Shown here piece by piece: positions 15,801 to 22,346 of a stretch of DNA of 22,346 nucleotides. Every line of letters begins with the position of its first letter. Position 1 is the stretch's first letter. A program made the position numbers and the translations under genes. The stretch is from Fibrobacteria bacterium (GTDB taxonomy: Bacteria; Fibrobacterota; Fibrobacteria; UBA11236; JADFYW01), in NCBI GenBank assembly GCA_050294405.1, contig JBNKOC010000018.1, forward strand, positions 1 to 22,346. The letters are read 5' to 3'. A model generated the notes under the pieces. That model saw nothing but the letters and a program-made list of their open reading frames with translations, was not told the DNA's origin and did no database searches.

Positions 15801-18131
15801 TTAGTTTCTGAGGGGCTTGCCCTTCTTTAACATATGTTCAATACGTTCCTGTGTTTTTTTAGTGCCAATGAGTTTCATGAACTCTTCCCGTTCCAATTCC
15901 AGGAGATACTCTTCTGTTACAGGGGTTCCGGGAGTTAGATTGCCTCCAGACATAATCTTCGCAATGGACTTTGCGATAAACGCATCGTGCTCGCTTCCGA
16001 ACCCGGCCTCCTGGATTAAGAATACAGCCGTTTCAAAAGCCGCCATTGATTCCCTGCCCAAAACTTCAATGTGGTTTTCAGGTTCAGGTGGCCGATAGCC
16101 CATTTGCGCCAGGGCAATAACTTCGGCCTTGGCCTGGTCTATGCGAGTGGTATCGTTGTTCGCAATAACCGCTCTTTTATCCAGATATCCCATTTCAAAA
16201 GCTTCTTTTGCACTGGTAGCCACTTTGCCCATGGCTATATTTTCAAAAAGTTTGGCCAGGTTGTTGAGAGGAATTCCCGGTGTATTTTTAGAAAGACCTC
16301 TGATGGTCAACTCTTTGGTGCCGCCGCCTGCAGGCAACAAGCCAACGCCGACTTCCACAAGCCCCATGTATGTTTCCGGGCTTAAAACTGGCCGTTGGCT
16401 GTGTATTACGAATTCGCACCCTCCTCCCAGAGCCAGGTTGTGGGGAGTTACTACCACGGGCACAGGAGCATATTTAATATTCATGGAAGCCTGTTGGAAT
16501 AATTTTACGGCATATTCGATGTTCTCGTACTCACCGTTCATGGCATCCATCAATATCATACCGATGTTAGCCCCGGCGCAAAACTGGGGCGCCTGGTTGC
16601 CAATGACAAGACCCATAAATTTTTCGCTGGCCACTTCCACAGCCTGGCTGATAGCCAGCAGGGAATGTAAATCCTGAGCATTCATTTTAGAGTGGAACTC
16701 CAGCAAACATACATCATCCCCGATATCCCATAAGGTAGCGCTGGGATTAGAGAAAACGGGTTGGCTGATTTGTTTGTGAATTTTTATATCAAATCCGGGA
16801 GGATTGTGGGGCTGCTTACCCTTAGAAATAGTTTTGATAAACTGTTGGCTGCCTTCAAGGCTATATATTTTGGGCTCTTCAGCCAAGGCCTTGTCCAACC
16901 ATTCGGGGTAGGATATCTGGCGTTTTTCCCAAATTTCTTTTAGGTTTTCAAAACCTATTAAATCCAAAGTTCTAAAGGGGCCAGCTTCCCATCCAAAACC
17001 AAGTTCCATAGCCCTGTCGATGTCCCAAAGGCTTTCCGAAACTTCTGGCGCAACCTCAGCGGCATAGGCAATGGTTTCCGCCAAAATCGCTCTGGCCGCA
17101 TCAGCGTATTTGCCTTCTGCCTGCCACAAGGCAGATAGTTTTTTATCCAATGTTTCGGCCTTAAAAGCCCCTTTCAGCTCAGGGAAATCGGGCTTAGGAG
17201 ATATTCTATGCTCACCGCTTTCCAAATCCAGGCCATATATATCTTTGCCCTTTTTCTTGTAGTATCCTCCGCCAGCTTTATTTCCAATTAGTTTTTGGTC
17301 AATTAAATTTTGCAATTGGGGATGTATAGCAAAAAAGCCTTTGTCATCTCCTAATAAAGTTTCATTTAGGTTGTTGATAATATGCGCCAGGGTATCCAGC
17401 CCCACTAAATCAGCCAGGCGATAAGTTCCCGTTTTGGGACGTCCCATTAAGGGGCCTGTTAATTTATCCACCTCTTCAATGGTCAATTTAAACTCGTCAG
17501 TGATTTTTTGAGTGTTTACCATGGCATGAACCCCAATTCGATTGGCAATGAAACAGGGTTGGTCCAATGCGGGAACAGCTACTTTGTTTAAGATGTGATT
17601 GAGAACATGGTCGATTCTTTTTAGCGTGTCCTCAGAGGTTTGCGGTCCTTTGATAACTTCCACTAAGCGTAAATAACGAGGCGGATTAAAAAAGTGAGTT
17701 CCTAAAAATTGTTTTCCAAAACTTTCAGGGAGCCCTGCTGCCAGAGTTTTTAAGGGAATTCCAGAGGTGTTCGTAGAAATGATGGTATTTTCCTTCATTA
17801 CCTTGGATAACTTTTGAAACAATTGGACTTTAGGTTCCAGTTTTTCAATAATGGCTTCAATAACCCAATCCGTTTTCCCCGCCGCCTCCAAATCATCCTC
17901 AAGATTTCCAGCTTTGATAAGATGTAATGAAGCTTTGCTATACAAGGGATTTGGCTTTATCTTCTTTAACCCGGCAATAGCTGTTTCGGCGATTTTGTTT
18001 CGCGCTCCTCCTTCAGAGGGTAAATCCAGTAATAAAACTTTAATGCCGCAATTTGCAAGTTGAGCCGCTATTTGGGCTCCCATTACCCCGCTGCCCACTA
18101 CTGTGGCGCTTCGAATTGGATGCATAATCAA
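15801..18131 (-). CDS. fadN: 3-hydroxyacyl-CoA dehydrogenase / enoyl-CoA hydratase bifunctional protein (FadN-type domain order)
   Basis: N-terminal GSGVMG Rossmann motif, STNTSG and GTHFFNPPRY; C-terminal crotonase (FCAGAN, ALGGGCE, GLVEVGVGLLPAGGG); end RIEHML..GKPLRN. Confidence 0.92.
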   Translation of the reverse strand: MIMHPIRSATVVGSGVMGAQIAAQLANCGIKVLLLDLPSEGGARNKIAETAIAGLKKIKPNPLYSKASLHLIKAGNLEDDLEAAGKTDWVIEAIIEKLEPKVQLFQKLSKVMKENTIISTNTSGIPLKTLAAGLPESFGKQFLGTHFFNPPRYLRLVEVIKGPQTSEDTLKRIDHVLNHILNKVAVPALDQPCFIANRIGVHAMVNTQKITDEFKLTIEEVDKLTGPLMGRPKTGTYRLADLVGLDTLAHIINNLNETLLGDDKGFFAIHPQLQNLIDQKLIGNKAGGGYYKKKGKDIYGLDLESGEHRISPKPDFPELKGAFKAETLDKKLSALWQAEGKYADAARAILAETIAYAAEVAPEVSESLWDIDRAMELGFGWEAGPFRTLDLIGFENLKEIWEKRQISYPEWLDKALAEEPKIYSLEGSQQFIKTISKGKQPHNPPGFDIKIHKQISQPVFSNPSATLWDIGDDVCLLEFHSKMNAQDLHSLLAISQAVEVASEKFMGLVIGNQAPQFCAGANIGMILMDAMNGEYENIEYAVKLFQQASMNIKYAPVPVVVTPHNLALGGGCEFVIHSQRPVLSPETYMGLVEVGVGLLPAGGGTKELTIRGLSKNTPGIPLNNLAKLFENIAMGKVATSAKEAFEMGYLDKRAVIANNDTTRIDQAKAEVIALAQMGYRPPEPENHIEVLGRESMAAFETAVFLIQEAGFGSEHDAFIAKSIAKIMSGGNLTPGTPVTEEYLLELEREEFMKLIGTKKTQERIEHMLKKGKPLRN

Positions 18132-18213
18132 TAACCCCTTCCAAAGGTGGAAATTCCGTTGATACTAATATTTTACGCCTTTTTCAGGCAAAAACGCAAA
18201 CTTTTTAATTTTT

Positions 18214-19977
18214 TTAGCTTTCGGCGTACATGGATTCAATCCAGCCGGAAAACTTTTTTTCCACCACATGGCGCCTGAGTTTCATAGACGGCGTTAATTC
18301 GCCGGATTCGGCAGAAACAGGCAGGTGGGATAGGGTAAACTTTTGAATTTTTTCCCAATGATTCAATTTGCTGTTCACTGAGTCTATGGTTTCCTGCAAG
18401 CTCTTGCGAACGGCATCGGCTTTTACGAAGTCTTCGTTTGAAAGCTTTTCCAAACCAAAGGACTTTTTCAGAGTATCGATGGTTTCTAATTCTGGAAAAA
18501 GCAAACAGGTTACGTATTTACGGCCTTCGGCAACCACCATGGCCATATCCACAATTTTACTTTGGTTTATTAAAGCGGATTCAATAGGAACAGGGGAGAC
18601 ATATTTTCCGTTAACAGTTTTAAAAAGCTCTTTTTTTCGACCCGTGATGGTCAAGTAATTCTCAGCATCCAGTTTCCCCAAATCACCGGTATGGTACCAG
18701 CCTTCTTCATCAATGACTTCTGAGGTTTCTTTCTGTTTTTTGTAGTAGCCCGTCATCACATTGGGGCCTTTGGCTAAAATTTCGCCATCTTCGGCTATTT
18801 TTATCTGTACTCCCGGAAACGGTTTGCCCACGGTTCCCACTTTGCGGTTGCCCGGAAAGTTGGCGGCCAAAACAGGGGATGTTTCTGTGCAACCGTACCC
18901 TTCATAGAGGGGGATTCCAATGTTAAGGAAAAAATTATAAAGGGAAGGAGCCAGTGGAGCGCTTCCTGAAATGGCTATGCGCAAATTTCCGCCTAGCGCG
19001 GCCCGCATTTTTGAATAAACCAACTTGTCGTATAGTTTGTCCATGAAGCCAGCAGGGCTGGAATTTTCTCTTGAAATAGCTCTTTGTAAGGCAGCTGCGC
19101 CTAAAACTTTTTTAATTCCCGTGGCTTCTTCCACATTGCCCTGCATTTTGGCGAAGACTTTTTCCAATAATCGAGGCACTAAAGTGATAACAGTGGGGGA
19201 GAGCTCCCTTAAATTGTCTCCTACTTTTTTTACTTCTTCCGCGAAATAAAGATCAACGCCCATGGACATATAATACATGGTAACCATGCGTTCGAATACA
19301 TGGGCCAACGGTAAGGCTGATAAACATCGGTCTTCCTCGGGATCAATGGGAAAGCGAATTCCTGCAGCCTCCATTTGGGAAACCAGATTGCTATGGTTTA
19401 TTTCCACACCCTTGGGAACACCAGTACTACCGGAAGTGTAAATGATGGTGGCCAAATCCTCTGATTTGACTTCCATTCCAGATTTTTCCACGGCTTTAAT
19501 TTTATCTGGATCTTCTCCCAGTTTTTGCACTTCAGCCAATGTGGTCATTTTTTCCAGGTCCAGTTTTCCACTTTGAAACAAAACCTTTTTAAATTTTCCT
19601 TCAAAATTTTTCAGATATTCCCATTGGGAAATGTCACTTAAGAACACCCATTTGGTTTCCGATTCATCTAATTCATATTCTAAATTTGCCTCTGAAACGT
19701 TGGGAAACAGGGGAACGCTAACTCCTCCTAAATATTGCACAGCCTGATCCATAATTATCCAAAAAGGCGATGGGTGGGCCATAATACCCATGCGATCGCT
19801 TTTTTCAAAGCCCAGCTCACGAAGACCGGCTGCTAAACTTTTTACCTGAACTCCAAACTCTTCTGTGGAAATTTTAATCCAGTCGCCATTATGTTTATAA
19901 CCTAAACAGGCTTCCCTGTTAAAATTTTTGCAAATGTATTCAACAAATTGGGGAAGGGTATTAAAAAATTTTGCCAT
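18214..19977 (-). CDS. fadD: Long-chain fatty acid-CoA ligase (AMP-dependent synthetase)
   Basis: IIYTSGSTGVPKG, LPLAHVFER, EGYGCTE, GWYHTGDLG, ELTPSMKLRR. Confidence 0.92.
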   Translation of the reverse strand: MAKFFNTLPQFVEYICKNFNREACLGYKHNGDWIKISTEEFGVQVKSLAAGLRELGFEKSDRMGIMAHPSPFWIIMDQAVQYLGGVSVPLFPNVSEANLEYELDESETKWVFLSDISQWEYLKNFEGKFKKVLFQSGKLDLEKMTTLAEVQKLGEDPDKIKAVEKSGMEVKSEDLATIIYTSGSTGVPKGVEINHSNLVSQMEAAGIRFPIDPEEDRCLSALPLAHVFERMVTMYYMSMGVDLYFAEEVKKVGDNLRELSPTVITLVPRLLEKVFAKMQGNVEEATGIKKVLGAAALQRAISRENSSPAGFMDKLYDKLVYSKMRAALGGNLRIAISGSAPLAPSLYNFFLNIGIPLYEGYGCTETSPVLAANFPGNRKVGTVGKPFPGVQIKIAEDGEILAKGPNVMTGYYKKQKETSEVIDEEGWYHTGDLGKLDAENYLTITGRKKELFKTVNGKYVSPVPIESALINQSKIVDMAMVVAEGRKYVTCLLFPELETIDTLKKSFGLEKLSNEDFVKADAVRKSLQETIDSVNSKLNHWEKIQKFTLSHLPVSAESGELTPSMKLRRHVVEKKFSGWIESMYAES

Positions 19978-20128
19978 TCACACTCACTTTTGGTTTTGGG
20001 TATTAGGCTGTGATTCAGATTAAAATATAATTGTGGCCTTTTAATGAAAAGGCTCTAATTACTATAACATAGAGCCATAAACTATGCTTGAAAATAAACT
20101 TTAAAACGCGGGCTACTTAAAAAAAATC

Positions 20129-20160
20129 AAAAAAAAGCTCGCCTCTAGGAGACGAGCTTT
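20129..20160 (-). terminator. Intrinsic terminator after rpsA
   Basis: Minus strand AAAGCTCGTCTC-CTA-GAGGCGAGC-TTTTTTTT. Confidence 0.88.
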
Positions 20161-20179
20161 AAAATCAAGCAAAAAAGAA

Positions 20180-21907
20180 TCAGGTGTTTTGTTTTTCTAA
20201 ATCAAGACCCTCCCCAATGGTTGTTTTGGGAATAGGGTGATTTTTCAAATATTCCTGAAATTCTGCGTCTTCTTTATTTTTGAAGTAGTCTACTACACTT
20301 AAGGAAATTTTGCGATTTGCAAAATCTACTTCTGTTACAACAGCAGGCAATTCTTCATCAATTTTGAAGGCATCAGATGCTTTTTGAATTTTTTCTGTGG
20401 ATAATTTTGCGTTGGGGATAAAGCCTTCCACTTCATCTTGAAGGGCGATTACAGCTCCTCTGTCCAACAAGCGAATAACTTTTCCTTTTACTTCTTTACC
20501 TACAGGGAAATTGTCTTTTACATTTTCCCAAGGATCGTCATGTAAGTGTTTCATGGAAAGAGAGATTCTTCTTTTTTCCTTATCCACTGCAAGGATGACC
20601 AATTCAACCTGGTCGCCCTTCTTTAATATTTCGGAAGGATGGTTGATTTTTTGGGTCCAAGACATATCAGAAACATGAATTAAGCCGTCTACGCCTTCTT
20701 TAATTTCAATAAAGGCGCCAAAAGCAGCCAGGTTACGGATAGTTCCGGTAACTTTGGAGCCAACAGGCAATTCATCTTCAATTCCTTCCCAGGGGTCAGG
20801 AGTGGTTTGCTTAAGGCCAAGTGATATTTTCTGATTGGCTTCGTCCAATTTCAATACCTGGCACTCTACTTCATCGCCGACTTTCAAAATTTGAGAAGGG
20901 TGTTTTACGTTTTGAGTCCATGACATTTCAGAAATATGAATCAACCCTTCTACACCTTCGTCAATTTCAAGGAATGCACCGTAATCGGTAAGAGAAACAA
21001 CTTTACCTTTAACCATGCTCCCTTCAGGATAGCGGTTGGAAACATTTTTCCAGGGGTGATCGTTTAATTGCTTGCGGCCAAGGGAGATTCTTTCTTTTCT
21101 GTCGTTAAAATCAAGAACGACAACTTTGATTTTGTCGCCCAGTTTAACCACTTCAGAAGGATGGTTTACGCGGCCCCAGGACATATCTGTGATATGTAAA
21201 AGGCCATCAACGCCACCAAGATCAACAAATGCGCCAAAGTCGGTAATGTTTTTAACTGTACCTTCACGAACCTGGCCTTTTTCAAGGTTTTCGATAATAT
21301 GGTGACGCATTTCGGAGCGTTCGGCTTCCAAAATAACTCTTCTGGATACCACAATGTTACGACGGATTTTATTGACTTTGATAACTTTAACTTCAATAGT
21401 AGTTCCCACCATGCTGTCCAAATCGGGAACAGCCCTAAGGTCAATTTGGGAACCGGGCAAAAATGTTTCGATGCCTAGTACATCAACAATTACGCCGCCT
21501 TTAATTTTGCGAACAACATAGCCTTCCACCTTGCGGCCGGATTCGTAGGCTTCGTTGATTTTATCCCATACTTTAAGGAAATCAGCGCGGGATTTGGAAA
21601 GGATGATTTGACCGTCTTGATCTTCGATTTGTTCGAGAGATACTTCAACTTCGGTGCCGGGCTCAACATTATCGGCTTCACGAAATTCGGAACGGGGAAT
21701 AACTCCTTCTGATTTGAAACGAATATCGACATATACATCTGTGTCAGTAACACGGACAATGTGACCTTTAACAAGTTTACCTTCTTCAAGACCTGTAAGG
21801 GTGCTATCGTAATCGGAAGATAGGGATTCTGCAGATTGGGAACCGGGATTCTCCAGGGCTTCGAGTTCTTTTAAATCTTCTTCGGAGCCGTACAACAATT
21901 TTGACAT
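20180..21907 (-). CDS. rpsA: 30S ribosomal protein S1
   Basis: Six S1 repeats (KSEG, FLPGSQID, KNITDFGAFVDLGGVDGLLHITDMSW, YGAFLEI..GVEGLIHISEMSW etc.); 575 aa. Confidence 0.98.
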   Translation of the reverse strand: MSKLLYGSEEDLKELEALENPGSQSAESLSSDYDSTLTGLEEGKLVKGHIVRVTDTDVYVDIRFKSEGVIPRSEFREADNVEPGTEVEVSLEQIEDQDGQIILSKSRADFLKVWDKINEAYESGRKVEGYVVRKIKGGVIVDVLGIETFLPGSQIDLRAVPDLDSMVGTTIEVKVIKVNKIRRNIVVSRRVILEAERSEMRHHIIENLEKGQVREGTVKNITDFGAFVDLGGVDGLLHITDMSWGRVNHPSEVVKLGDKIKVVVLDFNDRKERISLGRKQLNDHPWKNVSNRYPEGSMVKGKVVSLTDYGAFLEIDEGVEGLIHISEMSWTQNVKHPSQILKVGDEVECQVLKLDEANQKISLGLKQTTPDPWEGIEDELPVGSKVTGTIRNLAAFGAFIEIKEGVDGLIHVSDMSWTQKINHPSEILKKGDQVELVILAVDKEKRRISLSMKHLHDDPWENVKDNFPVGKEVKGKVIRLLDRGAVIALQDEVEGFIPNAKLSTEKIQKASDAFKIDEELPAVVTEVDFANRKISLSVVDYFKNKEDAEFQEYLKNHPIPKTTIGEGLDLEKQNT

Positions 21908-22151
21908 GGGATTCCTGCGTTTTTTTGGGTTAAGGTTATGGAAAATTTTTAAAAATAGCTCTTTTGAGTGATTTTATAAATTTTTCCGGATTTTCATTTG
22001 AATCTGTTTTGCAAATTCAAATGGGTTTAAAATGCCATAATAAAAGGCCCGCTAATTGTAATAAATTTAAGGCTTAATTGCGAATTTTGCAGGAAATTTA
22101 ATGGGGTTTTTGGGAAATATAGTCATTTATTCTGACTAGTTTCTTGAGACA

Positions 22152-22309
22152 TTATTCCGGCCCGGCAAATACTTTGCTTCAGAACTGATTAAGCCCTATC
22201 TCAGCCCGACAAAATACTCTGCTTCGGAACTGGTTAAGCCCGATGGAGCATCGAACCTGGAACCTGGCTTAAAGGTTCCTCATCAAAGCATTTTGTCGGT
22301 CTGGAATAA
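22152..22309. repeat. Three-copy ~45-bp repeat: two tandem direct copies plus one inverted copy
   Basis: Cores GCCCGGCAAATACTTTGCTTCAGAACTGATTAAGCCC (22160-22196) and GCCCGACAAAATACTCTGCTTCGGAACTGGTTAAGCCC (22204-22241). The reverse complement of 22266-22309 is TTATTCCAGACCGACAAAATGCTTTGATGAGGAACCTTTAAGCC. Confidence 0.85.
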
Positions 22310-22346
22310 CTAAAAATAGGCCGGTGAAAGAAATTTTGGATTTAAG

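Noticed and set aside
20180..21500. Internal sequence similarity within rpsA
   Set aside because: Expected S1-domain repeats.
22152..22309. CRISPR array, hammerhead ribozyme, SRP RNA or attC interpretation of the terminal repeat
   Set aside because: Only ~7 bp between direct cores and no cas genes; TGATGA is not followed by a properly placed GAAA; SRP GGAAGGAAGCAG core absent; no convincing RYYYAAC/GTTRRRY boxes.
22101..22313. Plus-strand frame with ATG 22101, an in-frame TAG at 22137 and repeated peptide KYFASELIKP/KYSASELVKP (possible read-through ORF)
   Set aside because: The peptide repeat follows automatically from the 45-bp DNA period; the inverted third copy argues for nucleic-acid structure; no evidence for stop recoding (TAG is used as a stop at 2464).

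Overview
Bacterial chromosomal window. An FCB-group origin, possibly Fibrobacterota, is inferred from the RpsA N-terminus and secretion-tail-like C-termini; this was not verified. From left to right: the 3' end of an ISL3-family IS just downstream of tRNA-Gly(GCC); housekeeping ligA, an unannotated acidic-tailed protein and murI; then an accessory stretch (~4.5-14.5 kb). That stretch holds an internally deleted SMP-30/gluconolactonase gene, a Crp/Fnr regulator with a palindromic operator, a decayed outer-membrane protein gene, an SRPBCC gene, a minus-strand operon (divergent Lgt paralogue, Tes/GDGT-MAS-like radical SAM, lipidated beta-barrel protein, di-heme oxidoreductase lipoprotein), a secreted CE1 esterase, and an AraC/acyl-CoA-dehydrogenase-like pair. 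A fadD-fadN-fadA beta-oxidation cluster and rpsA follow, with a three-copy ~45-bp repeat upstream of rpsA. The best candidate for an undescribed system is the Lgt-like/Tes-like radical SAM/lipoprotein operon. All family assignments come from motif recognition by eye; no searches were run.
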